NCBI GenBank assembly: GCA_002500605.1
Contig: DLRR01000012.1
Coordinates: 137,265 to 201,264 of the forward strand
Source: Nitrospinaceae bacterium UBA7883
GTDB lineage: Bacteria > Nitrospinota_A > UBA7883
Length of the DNA stretch: 64,000 bases
Reading direction: 5' to 3'
The notes beneath the pieces were generated by a model. That model worked only from the letters and a program-made list of their open reading frames with translations, was not told where the DNA came from and did no database searches. Shown piece by piece: positions 30,022 to 40,068 of the stretch (its first letter is position 1; each line of letters begins with the position of its first letter). The translations under genes and the position numbers were made by a program.

Positions 30022-30729
30022 TTATTCAACTTGACTGTGTTCTATACCATTTTGTAATTCACTTTTCAGGAATGAGTATCGTACTCTTATGGAAAAAATC
30101 AGTATAAAAATAACGAGGATTGCGGCAAAACTGACTTTTAAAGCAGTCAGCATCTCTGGATGTATCCCTGTGGAATCGCGATCTATGTCGATGACGGGAT
30201 GAATTCCCCTTGACCACAGTTTAACCGACCAATGAACTAATGGAACATCAACGAACCCTATAATGCCAATTACCGCTGAGTACTTTGCTCTTAGGACCTC
30301 GTTGTTTGGCTGTGAACGGAGGATAAAGTAGCTAAGAAAGATAAGCCACAATATGAATGATGTTGTAAGCCTAGGGTCCCAAGTCCAGTATGTACCCCAT
30401 ACCGGTTTACCCCAAAGCATGCCTGATATAAGCATTAGCGTGGCCAAAATAACACCTATCTCCGCTCCAGAAGCTGCTACCCCGTCCCATTTTAGGTTAC
30501 CTTTCCAGAGAAACATACATGAAGCGACAAAGCAAATAAACAAGCTAAGGTAACAGGTAATAGCTATCGGCACATGGTAATAAAAGATTTTCTGTGGAAA
30601 ACCCATTACTTTTTCAAGTGGTGCCACCATAAATATAAGATAAATTGATGCTGTTACTAAGATGATGGCAATGGCCGTCATGACTAGTGTTATGGTTGAT
30701 AGATATTTTTCAATAAATCGCATTAGCAT
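30022..30729 (-). CDS. ccmC: Cytochrome c maturation heme chaperone CcmC
   Basis: IFYYHVP, WGKPVWGTYWTWDPRLT (WWD motif), HP motif. Confidence 0.93.
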   Translation of the reverse strand: MLMRFIEKYLSTITLVMTAIAIILVTASIYLIFMVAPLEKVMGFPQKIFYYHVPIAITCYLSLFICFVASCMFLWKGNLKWDGVAASGAEIGVILATLMLISGMLWGKPVWGTYWTWDPRLTTSFILWLIFLSYFILRSQPNNEVLRAKYSAVIGIIGFVDVPLVHWSVKLWSRGIHPVIDIDRDSTGIHPEMLTALKVSFAAILVIFILIFSIRVRYSFLKSELQNGIEHSQVE

Positions 30730-30831
30730 TCCTTGACGTCATGTCAGCTACAACAAGTATAGCGGGCCAGGGCTTAAAGAAAAACAGGTAGTTCCTTTAT
30801 TCGCCCTGCGACTGAGATACGTTGCCAATAG

Positions 30832-30966
30832 TCACTCGCATTGATGACCGTTACTCTTTGATTGAAAAATCTTCTGTTCGAGTTTAGATATTTTGTGATT
30901 AATAAGAACAATATAACCAAAGAATACGGCCCAGATAATAACGTAAGCTGCAATAGCATAGTTCAT
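30832..30966 (-). CDS. ccmD: CcmD-family heme exporter protein (44 aa, not in ORF track)
   Basis: Translated directly: MNYAIAAYVIIWAVFFGYIVLINHKISKLEQKIFQSKSNGHQCE; AY..IW...FGY TM pattern; GAGGGG RBS; inside ccm cluster. Confidence 0.82.
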   Translation of the reverse strand: MNYAIAAYVIIWAVFFGYIVLINHKISKLEQKIFQSKSNGHQCE

Positions 30967-31022
30967 TACACACCCCTCTTCGGGTTTACCATGATCGATT
31001 TGTCAAAGTGATCAACCGTACT

Positions 31023-31700
31023 TTACTCTTCAACCAACTTTTCAAAAACAAGCAAAGATACTACTAAATATATAATATCAAAGGCAATTAGAATCTTAAG
31101 CCAAGCATAAAGTCCTTCCATACTTTCCCCGTTAATCAATCCATCGGAAAATGATACGGCAGCGATCACAACTGGCACCACAACAGGAAACATTAGCAAA
31201 GGCCCCAGTATTTCCTTAGCACGAAGGTTTACCGAAATAGCCGCTATTAGTGTTCCAACAATAATAAACCCAGTAGTCCCAAAAAGTAACGAGGCCAATT
31301 GCCAGAAAAAACGTTCCATCACATTTACATTGAACAAAAATATAAAGATGGTAATTATCATTAGCTCAGCGAGCATCATCAATATCAAATTTACAATCAT
31401 TTTGCCCACATAAATACTCGAGCGATCCAATGGTGCTAACATAAGTGCAGAAAGACAATCGTTCTCTTTTTCATGAAGAAATGATTGGTTCATTGTTAAG
31501 GAACCCGCAAAAAAGAATGCAATCCACAGCAATCCAGCAGCAGATTTCTTTATCTCCAAAGCCGACATGTCGAAAGCAAAATTAAAGACAACCAATACTA
31601 AAAGTGCAAAAAAACAATTAGTTGTCACTATCTCCTTACCTTGGAGTTCCAAGACAAGATCCTTTTTTACTATAGTGAATACACTTGACCAAAAGCCCAT
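31023..31700 (-). CDS. ccmB: Heme exporter protein CcmB
   Basis: KDLVLE, GLLWIAFF, EKENDCL, YVGK, L.PLLMFPVVVP; multi-TM. Confidence 0.93.
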   Translation of the reverse strand: MGFWSSVFTIVKKDLVLELQGKEIVTTNCFFALLVLVVFNFAFDMSALEIKKSAAGLLWIAFFFAGSLTMNQSFLHEKENDCLSALMLAPLDRSSIYVGKMIVNLILMMLAELMIITIFIFLFNVNVMERFFWQLASLLFGTTGFIIVGTLIAAISVNLRAKEILGPLLMFPVVVPVVIAAVSFSDGLINGESMEGLYAWLKILIAFDIIYLVVSLLVFEKLVEE

Positions 31701-31702
31701 GA

Positions 31703-32431
31703 CTAGTAATGCTCCCTGTCCACAATTTGCTGATAAAGCTCGTTAAAAGTGTCATAGTTAAAATCTTTAGTGGACATATCCAAGTGTATTCTACCTGAAA
31801 CCTGTAGAGCAACACGAGATCCCATACCTATGCCAATCTTCAAATTATGAGTTATCATAACTATAGTTCGATTTTCATTTTGCATCTTTAAAAGTTGGTT
31901 TTTCAGCATTTCTGCTGCATGTTGGTCTAAACCTGTATAAGGCTCGTCAAGGTAGATTATGTCTGGATTTTGTACTAGTGCTCTTGCAATCGAAAGCCGC
32001 TGCAACATACCACGGCTAAAAATACGTACGGGTTCATCTTTCCTGCTCTCCAGTCCAACATCACGTAGAAGTTCCATGGCCCTCTCTTTAGGTGGTGTGA
32101 TGCCGTACAGTTCAGCAAAAAACACTAGGTTTTGTAATGCTGATAGCTGGCCATACACAAAGCTTTGATGAGATATAAAACCAATGTTCCTACGAAGTTC
32201 GTCATAGTCATTTTCAAATTCAAGGCCGTTTATCAGAACCTTTCCGGAAGTAGCTTTGATAAGACCTGCCATAATTTTGAGTAGTGTAGTTTTACCAGCT
32301 CCGTTTGGGCCGAAGATGGTAAGAAACTCCCCACGATACAATGATAAATCAACTGTATCTACAGCTGAAAAGGAACCAAACTTTTTGGAAACAGCATCAA
32401 GCTGTATAACCGGAAAGTTATTCTTATTCAT
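31703..32431 (-). CDS. ccmA: Heme ABC exporter ATP-binding protein CcmA
   Basis: GPNGAGKTT, FSRGMLQR signature, LDEPYTGLD; directly upstream of ccmB. Confidence 0.92.
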   Translation of the reverse strand: MNKNNFPVIQLDAVSKKFGSFSAVDTVDLSLYRGEFLTIFGPNGAGKTTLLKIMAGLIKATSGKVLINGLEFENDYDELRRNIGFISHQSFVYGQLSALQNLVFFAELYGITPPKERAMELLRDVGLESRKDEPVRIFSRGMLQRLSIARALVQNPDIIYLDEPYTGLDQHAAEMLKNQLLKMQNENRTIVMITHNLKIGIGMGSRVALQVSGRIHLDMSTKDFNYDTFNELYQQIVDREHY

Positions 32432-32603
32432 GATGATAGAAGTATAGTGTTGGGTTTATCTCTAGTTTAACTGTGTTTTGTTATCTCTTCTTATTGCGTC
32501 AAAATAATATCAAATGTGTCGATCAAGGGTAAAATATCCGATAATTATATACCAGCAAGATCCCAACAAGATAGGTTTGGATAAAACACTGGTAAATCTC
32601 GGT

Positions 32604-32632
32604 TAGACACGGTTCATTGATATTGCTATACT
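32604..32632 (+). promoter_or_regulatory. Sigma70-type promoter for ffh operon
   Basis: TAGACA (32604-32609), 17 bp spacer, TATACT (32627-32632), with extended -10 TG at 32624. Confidence 0.65.
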
Positions 32633-32678
32633 TTTGAACTCTTTGCAGTCAAATAATTTCATCTGGGATCTAAATTAA

Positions 32679-34016
32679 ATGCTTGAAGGATTAAGCCAAA
32701 GGTTTGAAGGCGTTGTAAAGCGCCTGCAAGGACTCCATAAGCTAACAGAAGAAAACGTGTCCGATGCGATGCGAGAGGTACGCATCGCATTGCTGGAAGC
32801 AGATGTAAACATATCCGTGGTAAAGGATTTTATCGCTAATGTAAAATCTCTGGCTCTAGGTATGGAAACAATTCCTGGTGTGCAACCTGGACAACAAATT
32901 GTCAAAATAGTACATGAAAATCTTATCCAAGTTTTAGGCGGCGACACTGCAAATTTAAATCTGACGGGCCGCGGATCAACAGTAATTCTCATGACCGGCC
33001 TACAGGGCTCTGGAAAAACTACAACTACTGCTAAGCTTGCTGCGATGCTAAAAAAACAAGGGTACAGACCACTGATGGTATCAGCTGACGTCTACCGTCC
33101 CGCAGCCATAGAGCAACTCGGAGTATTAGGCGAACAAATTGATGTGCCTACAATTAAAACCACAACAGATATGAACCCAGAGGAAATAGGAAGAGCCGCG
33201 CTTGAAGAAATGACCCAGTTAAACGCTAACGTACTGTTGGTGGATACGGCAGGTCGTTTGGCAATTGATGAACAAATGATGAATGAGTTAAGCAAATTGA
33301 AGGACATCCTCCAACCAAAAGAAATACTTTTTGTAGCTGACTCTATGACAGGCCAAGATGCAGTAAATACAGCTAGAGCATTTAACGAACAGATTGGCAT
33401 GACCGGTGTAATACTAACAAAGATGGATGGTGATATTAGAGGTGGTGCGGCCCTATCAATCAAGAAAGTTACCGGTACGCCAATTAAATTCATCGGTGTT
33501 GGCGAAAAAACCAGTCAGTTTGAGCAGTTTCACCCGGATAGAATCGCAGGGCGTATTCTTGGTATGGGCGATGTTCTCTCCCTTGTAGAAAAAGCCCAAG
33601 AAAATTTAAGCCAAAAGGACGCTGAGAAACAGGCCAATAAAGTGCTGACAGCAACCTTCAATCTAAGTGATTTCCTTCAGCAGCTTAAAATGGTTAGAGA
33701 TATGGGACCTTTGGATCAGCTGATGAAGATGATTCCTGGGCTAGGAGGGGCTCTAAAGGATGCAGAACTAGACGAGTATGAACTTATACGTACTGAGGCA
33801 ATTATTAATTCAATGACAATGAAAGAGCGTGGCCAGCCAGGAATAATTAACAGCTCACGTAAGCGCAGAATTTCCAGAGGTAGTGGAGTTGAAGTGCAAG
33901 ATGTAAACAAACTCCTAAAGAACTTCCAAAAATCAAAAAAAATGATGAAAAACCTGACCAAAATGAAAAAAAATAAGGGTAAAATGGATTTTCCATTTGC
34001 TGGGATGGAAAATTAG
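32679..34016 (+). CDS. ffh: Signal recognition particle protein
   Basis: ALLEADV, GLQGSGKTT, DVYRPAA, DTAGR, TKMDGD.RGG, FHPDRIAGRILGMGD, Met-rich M domain. Confidence 0.97.
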   Translation: MLEGLSQRFEGVVKRLQGLHKLTEENVSDAMREVRIALLEADVNISVVKDFIANVKSLALGMETIPGVQPGQQIVKIVHENLIQVLGGDTANLNLTGRGSTVILMTGLQGSGKTTTTAKLAAMLKKQGYRPLMVSADVYRPAAIEQLGVLGEQIDVPTIKTTTDMNPEEIGRAALEEMTQLNANVLLVDTAGRLAIDEQMMNELSKLKDILQPKEILFVADSMTGQDAVNTARAFNEQIGMTGVILTKMDGDIRGGAALSIKKVTGTPIKFIGVGEKTSQFEQFHPDRIAGRILGMGDVLSLVEKAQENLSQKDAEKQANKVLTATFNLSDFLQQLKMVRDMGPLDQLMKMIPGLGGALKDAELDEYELIRTEAIINSMTMKERGQPGIINSSRKRRISRGSGVEVQDVNKLLKNFQKSKKMMKNLTKMKKNKGKMDFPFAGMEN

Positions 34017-34063
34017 TATTTATATTGCTAGTGCAGTTAATTAATTTATTAGGAGAACTCTAA

Positions 34064-34300
34064 GTGTCAGTTATATTACGACTAACGCGTCGTGGGGCAA
34101 AAAAGAAACCATTTTATAGGATTGTTGCTACTGATTCTCGCAAAGCTCGAGACGGTAAGTTTTTGGAAACATTAGGACGCTATAATCCCCATTTATCAGA
34201 AAACCAAGTGAGTTACAAGAAAGAACGAGTTGATTATTGGCTTAGCGAGGGGGCAACGGTATCTGACACCGTAAAAAGTATCCTTAAAAAAGGCCTGTGA
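34064..34300 (+). CDS. rpsP: 30S ribosomal protein S16
   Basis: RLTRRGAKKKPFYRIVATDSRKARDG; GTG start with AGGAG RBS. Confidence 0.97.
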   Translation: MSVILRLTRRGAKKKPFYRIVATDSRKARDGKFLETLGRYNPHLSENQVSYKKERVDYWLSEGATVSDTVKSILKKGL

Positions 34301-34331
34301 TCATGGTATTTTTTGTTAAAGGAGACTATTC

Positions 34332-34562
34332 ATGAAATCACTCTTAAATCATATGGTGATAGAGTTGGTTGATTTTCCAGAACAAATTAGTATAGAAGAA
34401 ATGTCGGGAGATAAGGTAACAACGCTTGAGTTAAAGGTAGCTCAAGACGATTTAGGGAAAGTGATTGGAAGGCGGGGCAGAACGGCCATGGCAATGCGAA
34501 TAATACTTTCCGCAGCTGCCGCCAAACAAAGGAAAAGGGCTGTGCTAGAAATAATGGACTAA
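34332..34562 (+). CDS. khpA: KH-domain RNA-binding protein KhpA
   Basis: DLGKVIGRRGRTA; canonical position after rpsP. Confidence 0.93.
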   Translation: MKSLLNHMVIELVDFPEQISIEEMSGDKVTTLELKVAQDDLGKVIGRRGRTAMAMRIILSAAAAKQRKRAVLEIMD

Positions 34563-34689
34563 AGTTTATGACGGTCTCTTCAGTCGTAGCTTCCACCAGC
34601 CACAAACACTGGTTTTCATGCATATTTTATAATAATTCTGATAATCCCGCCGTGTTTTAATAGACTTAAATTTTATCCAAGGATGCGTC

Positions 34690-35208
34690 ATGAAAATTAT
34701 AAAAATCGCCATAGCCAGGATACACCGAAATCATGGAGTTTCTGGCGAAATTAGGGTTAAGCCATTCTTTGGCGAGGCTTTAATGAAAAATTTAGTTGGT
34801 AGCGAAGTTGAGTTATCATCTGATAGAACTGGTGAATCATTCTATCTACTGCTCGATTCTATCCGTCAAGGAGGTAGGACACTCCTAGCTAAATTTGTTG
34901 GAATCGACTCGCCGGAAGAAGCTCACAAACTGATTGATATGGTTATCATCGCTCCCCGGAATCAATTGCCAAACCTTCCCGAAGGTCAGTATTACCTTGA
35001 GGAAATTATAGGACTTGATGTAATTAGAACCAACGGGAAAAGAATTGGGTCGTTAAAGGGGTTTTTCTCCGCTGGAGAAAAAGATGTGTGGGAAATTGTT
35101 ACTGATGAAGGGGACGAGCTATTATTTCCTTGCATCCCTGAAGTTCTAAAAAGTGTTGATCTAGAAAAAAGACTAATTATAGTTGAACCAATGGAGATGG
35201 ATGAATGA
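34690..35208 (+). CDS. rimM: Ribosome maturation factor RimM
   Basis: [24 protein letters not shown] barrel; ATGA overlap with trmD. Confidence 0.92.
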   Translation: MKIIKIAIARIHRNHGVSGEIRVKPFFGEALMKNLVGSEVELSSDRTGESFYLLLDSIRQGGRTLLAKFVGIDSPEEAHKLIDMVIIAPRNQLPNLPEGQYYLEEIIGLDVIRTNGKRIGSLKGFFSAGEKDVWEIVTDEGDELLFPCIPEVLKSVDLEKRLIIVEPMEMDE

Positions 35209-35936
35209 GGTTTGATGTTATAACTACATTCCCTCAGATGTTTAAGGGCCCGATGGATGAGTCTATTTTAAAAAGGGCCAAAAATACTGGAAAGATACAA
35301 ATATACATCCACGATCTACGTGATTGGACTAACGACAAGCATAGAATTACCGATGATTACCCTTACGGAGGCGGACCTGGAATGGTGATGAAGGTTGAAC
35401 CAGTAGCCAAAGCTGTCGAGCAATTGAAGAGGGAAACCACAGGTTCCAAGGTTGCTCTTATGACGCCACAAGGAAATCCATTTAACCATACTGTGGCTTT
35501 GGAACTTATGAACCTTTCGGGAATGATTATTATTTGTGGTCGGTATGAAGGTGTGGATGAGCGTATTCGGCAAAACTATTGTGATATGGAAATCTCAATT
35601 GGTGATTTTGTTTTGACTGGCGGAGAAATACCGGCTATGGCGATTATTGATGCTCTTACACGACTAAAACCAGGGGTATTAGGGTCAGATAAATCGACAA
35701 GTGAGGAGTCACATAGTTGTGGGCTTCTAGAATATCCACAATACACTAGACCCGCAGATTATGATGGGCTAACCGTACCAGATGTTCTGCTATCTGGCAA
35801 CCATGCTGAAATCACGGCATGGCGCAGAAGTCAATCAATCGAAAGAACAGCAATACGACGCCCCGATTTATTAAAAAAATCAAACCTCAGCAATGAGGAA
35901 TTAGATAGAATCATTAATAAATACGATAAACCTTAG
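35205..35936 (+). CDS. trmD: tRNA (guanosine(37)-N1)-methyltransferase
   Basis: [45 protein letters not shown]. Confidence 0.97.
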   Translation: MRFDVITTFPQMFKGPMDESILKRAKNTGKIQIYIHDLRDWTNDKHRITDDYPYGGGPGMVMKVEPVAKAVEQLKRETTGSKVALMTPQGNPFNHTVALELMNLSGMIIICGRYEGVDERIRQNYCDMEISIGDFVLTGGEIPAMAIIDALTRLKPGVLGSDKSTSEESHSCGLLEYPQYTRPADYDGLTVPDVLLSGNHAEITAWRRSQSIERTAIRRPDLLKKSNLSNEELDRIINKYDKP

Positions 35937-36091
35937 TAATGACAGTGATCAATGGTAGAACCGCTGTTAGTTTATTCCAACCAGTTTAGACTGATTACTC
36001 TTTTTTAAATAAATTGAACTGTTATTATCTTTTGGTTATCTAGATAATAATTAGATCTAAAAATATTTGCCTAATTAAAAAATACAAAGAG

Positions 36092-36679
36092 ATGTCCAAA
36101 AAAGAAGATTCCTACCCAGCAACAACTGGTCGGCCAGAACTAGCTATAGGCCTTGTTCATAACCCGGTTGTTAACAAATACGGAGAAACTGTTACCAGCT
36201 CTATTACTACCATTGATGTCCACGACATGGCTAGAATGTGCAAAACATTTGATATTTCGGCCCTTTATGTTGTAACACCACTAAAGTCTCACCAGCGGCT
36301 TGTAGAAAGAGTAGCTAAACACTGGACCAGCGGCTTTGGTGCAGAGTACAATCCTAGTAGAAAAAAAGCACTCGGTCTGGTAAAAGTTGTTGACAGTATT
36401 GATGATATGCTTAATAATTTCTCTTCCGAAGGTCGTGCTTACCTGCTAATAGCTACAAGCGGAAGGGGTGGAGACAAGGTGTTTTCATTCCCCGAAGTGA
36501 GAAATGCTATTTGGGAAACTGGTAGAGCGGTACTTTTATTTGGCACAGCTCATGGACTTGCAGGTTCAGTGATAGGCAGAGCAAATATGTTGCTGGAACC
36601 TATACGTGGGGTAAGTGATTATAATCACCTACCAGTAAGAGCAGCAGTAGCAATAATTTTGGATCGTTTGCTGAGCTGA
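36092..36679 (+). CDS. SPOUT-class RNA methyltransferase (trmD-linked family)
   Basis: LVHNPVVNK, DVHDMAR, HW..G.G..YNPSR, LLFGTAHGL, YNHLPVRAAVAIILDRL. Confidence 0.85.
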   Translation: MSKKEDSYPATTGRPELAIGLVHNPVVNKYGETVTSSITTIDVHDMARMCKTFDISALYVVTPLKSHQRLVERVAKHWTSGFGAEYNPSRKKALGLVKVVDSIDDMLNNFSSEGRAYLLIATSGRGGDKVFSFPEVRNAIWETGRAVLLFGTAHGLAGSVIGRANMLLEPIRGVSDYNHLPVRAAVAIILDRLLS

Positions 36680-36777
36680 ATACCACCATGTGGTTATTAT
36701 CTAGGTCGGTTTGAATTTGCCAGCAACCTAGAAACAAAAATAATTTTGTATTATCATAATTAAGGTTTGAATGAAAA

Positions 36778-37125
36778 ATGTCTGAGACTGCTATTGAATA
36801 TGTTGAAAGCAAGTATTTGAAAAAGTCTGTCCCACAGTTTCGCATCGGAGATACAGTTAAGGTCCATATGCGTGTTGTTGAAGGAGAGAAGGAGCGTATC
36901 CAAATAGTTGAGGGTGTGGTAATCTCCAGGAAACACAACGACTTAAGAGAGACATTTACTGTACGGAAAACATCATCCGGTATAGGAGTAGAACGGACTT
37001 TCCCTTTACATTCACCTAGGGTAGAAAAGGTGGAAGTTATGCGCAGCGGTAAAGTTCGGCGTGCAAAGCTATATTTTCTAAGAAAGAGAAAGGGTAAAGC
37101 AGCTAGACTAGTTGAGCGCCGCTAA
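36778..37125 (+). CDS. rplS: 50S ribosomal protein L19
   Basis: [43 protein letters not shown]. Confidence 0.98.
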   Translation: MSETAIEYVESKYLKKSVPQFRIGDTVKVHMRVVEGEKERIQIVEGVVISRKHNDLRETFTVRKTSSGIGVERTFPLHSPRVEKVEVMRSGKVRRAKLYFLRKRKGKAARLVERR

Positions 37126-37238
37126 TTACCCATACATGTTTACACTATTGGGTTGATGAGTATACACTGATCAAAAAATCAGGCAGGACTATTGTATTTC
37201 ATGTCTAGCTGCCCAAAACTTTATGAAATCTCGGACCC

Positions 37239-39413
37239 ATGACCACTACTGTCGCCAAAAACAAAACCAAACTTTTGGGGAAATTACGAAAATATAGCAT
37301 CTACTCTGTTATCCTATCATTCTTACTTCTTATCGCTGTAATCCTGTATATCAGTCCAAAGCTAATAGAAACAAAAAATTTTAAAGAGCTAGTTGAAAAA
37401 AGCGTTTCTGCCAGTTTGGGCCTTGCAGTTAAGGCTGAAGTAATTAGTTTTTCTATTATTACGGGTCCTCAAGTTGCTCTTACAAATGTTGTTGTTAGTA
37501 GAAAAAAAAGCACCGTATTCACAGCAAAAAAAATGTATGCAAAAGCTAGTTTTGTTGATTTATTGTTCGGCTCAATAAAAATTAAAAAACTCTTGCTTGA
37601 TTACCCACAGATTAGCTTGATAAAAGGGGAAGATGGATTAATCAGATTACCTCTTTTAGGACAAGAAAATCAAAATGCTACTGACATAACTGCTCTGGCT
37701 ACAGCAGCTATTGCCTCTCTAGATTTTGTTTCAATGAGAGGTGGGTCAATCAACTGGATAGATCGCAGTGTACAAGAAGAGCCTATCTCATTAAAACTAA
37801 GTAACTGTACGCTGAAATTCAACAGGGATAAGGACTCGGAGAACTTAACAACAACAATCTCTGGCGTGATTGATGTTGGAGCAAATCGTGCTGACTTTAA
37901 AGGTAATATGATAATAGCCCTTGAAGAAATAACAGTTCCTAGCCTTACATTACAGTTTGGTCAATCTTATTTTCAACTGAGCGGAAAGTTAAAGAATTAT
38001 TTAACTGGAAAGCCCGAGGTTGATGCCAAGCTTTCATCCAATGTCAACATGAGTGACCTTGTTTCTTATACTACTTTCTTTGATGATGTTGAAGAAGAAG
38101 GGTTTTTAACAAGCACTGTTTGGGCAAAGCAAAACAGTAAAAGTAAGGAATTTAGAGTAAACGGATCGATCCTGTTTCATGATACTACTTTCAAACTGCC
38201 GATATTCCATGGGATCTTTGAAAAGTGTAATGGCAGTTTTGAATTTGAAGACAATAGAATATCTATTAAGAATGGTAAAGGTAAATTTGGTGGATCACCA
38301 TTCAACCTTACTGGAGAAGTGTTATTGGGCAAACAAAATAAATACACACTAAATGTTATGTCCGAAAACCTGGCTTTAAAGGATATTTTCGGCCCACCAC
38401 CAGCTATTGACAAATTAGTTGTTGACGTGAGAAAAAATTTAACTGGTCAAATACTTCAAGCAAAGGAAAAGAAAAGTGCCCTCGCTACATCCGTAGAAAA
38501 TGGTAATGAAAATGGTGATTTGATCTCCCATAATGGCAACAGCATTATGGGTGGGGACTGGAACATCGAAATCAGTTCGAAACAAGGTAGCTTTGGTCGG
38601 CTAAAATACCAAGATCTTGACAGCAGAATTTTATATAAAAAAAATAGATACCATATCGAGCCATTCACTTTCAATGCTTTGGGCGGAAGATGGTCATGGA
38701 TTGCTAATATAGAAAAAATACCGAAATCAAGTAGAATTGAATCATCTATTGAAATTTCCGAGATGAACTTGAGCAAATATTTCGAGGAAATAACACTATC
38801 AAAACCTGTTGTTACTGGAACATTGGATTTAATCGGAAATGTATCTGGCAATGGGCTCAGATGGAATGAGATAAAAAAAACTCTAGACGGACATATCGAG
38901 GCCCGAACTGGAAAAGGAGTTTTCCACAGGTTTCCAGTTCTATCAAAGATTTTTGCTTTACTAAACATATCACAATATTTTAAACTTAGAACTCCAGATC
39001 TAAGTGCTGACGGGATGCCATTTGATAGTGTGACTGCCACGATATCGATTCTTAAAGGTCTTGCCAGCACCGAGAATCTTGATGTTCGTTCCGAGGCAAT
39101 GCGCATTTCAGGTGTTGGGGATTACCATGTTGCTAGCAGTCTGGTAGACATGAAAATTGGCATAATGCCATTTATCACTATAGACAGGGTCATAAGTTCT
39201 GTGCCCGTTGTTGGAGAAGTGCTAACTGGGGAAAATAAAAGCCTTATTACCAGTTATTACTTGGTTAAAGGGGCAGCAAAAAACCCAGAGGTGACGGCTA
39301 TACCGGTGGAGTCGATTGGCATTGGCATTTTTAGTATAATTCAGAGAATTTTGGAATTGCCTGTCACTATAATTGACAAAGCAATAGATAGGATAAAGCA
39401 AAATGGTAATTGA
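37239..39413 (+). CDS. AsmA-like (YhdP/AsmA_2) membrane-anchored protein
   Basis: N-terminal TM, long beta-rich body, C-terminal GMPFDSVTA..I.KG..T, D..ISSVPVVG..L.G, Y.VKG...NP.V. Confidence 0.82.
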   Translation: MTTTVAKNKTKLLGKLRKYSIYSVILSFLLLIAVILYISPKLIETKNFKELVEKSVSASLGLAVKAEVISFSIITGPQVALTNVVVSRKKSTVFTAKKMYAKASFVDLLFGSIKIKKLLLDYPQISLIKGEDGLIRLPLLGQENQNATDITALATAAIASLDFVSMRGGSINWIDRSVQEEPISLKLSNCTLKFNRDKDSENLTTTISGVIDVGANRADFKGNMIIALEEITVPSLTLQFGQSYFQLSGKLKNYLTGKPEVDAKLSSNVNMSDLVSYTTFFDDVEEEGFLTSTVWAKQNSKSKEFRVNGSILFHDTTFKLPIFHGIFEKCNGSFEFEDNRISIKNGKGKFGGSPFNLTGEVLLGKQNKYTLNVMSENLALKDIFGPPPAIDKLVVDVRKNLTGQILQAKEKKSALATSVENGNENGDLISHNGNSIMGGDWNIEISSKQGSFGRLKYQDLDSRILYKKNRYHIEPFTFNALGGRWSWIANIEKIPKSSRIESSIEISEMNLSKYFEEITLSKPVVTGTLDLIGNVSGNGLRWNEIKKTLDGHIEARTGKGVFHRFPVLSKIFALLNISQYFKLRTPDLSADGMPFDSVTATISILKGLASTENLDVRSEAMRISGVGDYHVASSLVDMKIGIMPFITIDRVISSVPVVGEVLTGENKSLITSYYLVKGAAKNPEVTAIPVESIGIGIFSIIQRILELPVTIIDKAIDRIKQNGN

Positions 39414-40068
39414 GATTAAAAACCCTGACAATGGTAGTTTACTTAAAAAAGACGAACTTATGGAGTTCTATCATAACCACTCCAATCTATACGACCTGCT
39501 CTTCAAACCGTTCTTTCAGCCACGGCAAAAAAAGGCGATTGGATATCACGATTTTATGCCAGGTGAAAGGATTCTTGATGTCGGCGTGGGTACAGGGTTA
39601 TCTTTAGATCTTTATCCCAGTTTCTGCGAAGTTATTGGAATTGACCTCTCCAAAAGCATGTTACGTCTAGCGGAAAGAAAAGTTGAAAAACTTGGACTCA
39701 CAAACGTTACACTTTATGAGATGGATGCATGCAACCTCAAGTTTGATGAAAATTCATTCGATTATGTCGTAGCAACACATATAGTAAACGTAGTACATGA
39801 ACCAGCCAGAGTGATTGACGAAATGAGACGAGTGGCCAAACCAAGTGGTAGTCTGGTAATAGTAAATCACTTTGTTTCATCCAATCCCATTATGGCCAAA
39901 GTGGAAAATTTGCTTGAACCAGTGTTCCAAAAAGTAGGATGGCGTGTAAACCATACTTATGAAGATTTTATCCACTTGACCAACCTCTCAGTCATGCATA
40001 TAGATAAACTAAACAAAATTGATCTGTGGAAAATTATTCACGCTAGTAACAACAAGGGCCATTGCTGA
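39403..40068 (+). CDS. Class I SAM-dependent methyltransferase (PmtA-like phospholipid N-methyltransferase)
   Basis: YDLLF, ILDVGVGTGLSL, GIDLS..ML, MDA..L.F, EMRRVAKP.G, VNHF. Confidence 0.8.
   Translation: MVIEIKNPDNGSLLKKDELMEFYHNHSNLYDLLFKPFFQPRQKKAIGYHDFMPGERILDVGVGTGLSLDLYPSFCEVIGIDLSKSMLRLAERKVEKLGLTNVTLYEMDACNLKFDENSFDYVVATHIVNVVHEPARVIDEMRRVAKPSGSLVIVNHFVSSNPIMAKVENLLEPVFQKVGWRVNHTYEDFIHLTNLSVMHIDKLNKIDLWKIIHASNNKGHC

Noticed and set aside
30774-30959. 61-aa minus-strand ORF in ccm cluster
   Set aside because: Alternative frame of the CcmD ORF, which has the RBS and family pattern
34563-34689. ncRNA or terminator between khpA and rimM
   Set aside because: Only weak short stems; cannot be supported
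38456-39106. 216-aa antisense ORF
   Set aside because: Lies wholly opposite the AsmA gene with no recognisable motif; shadow ORF
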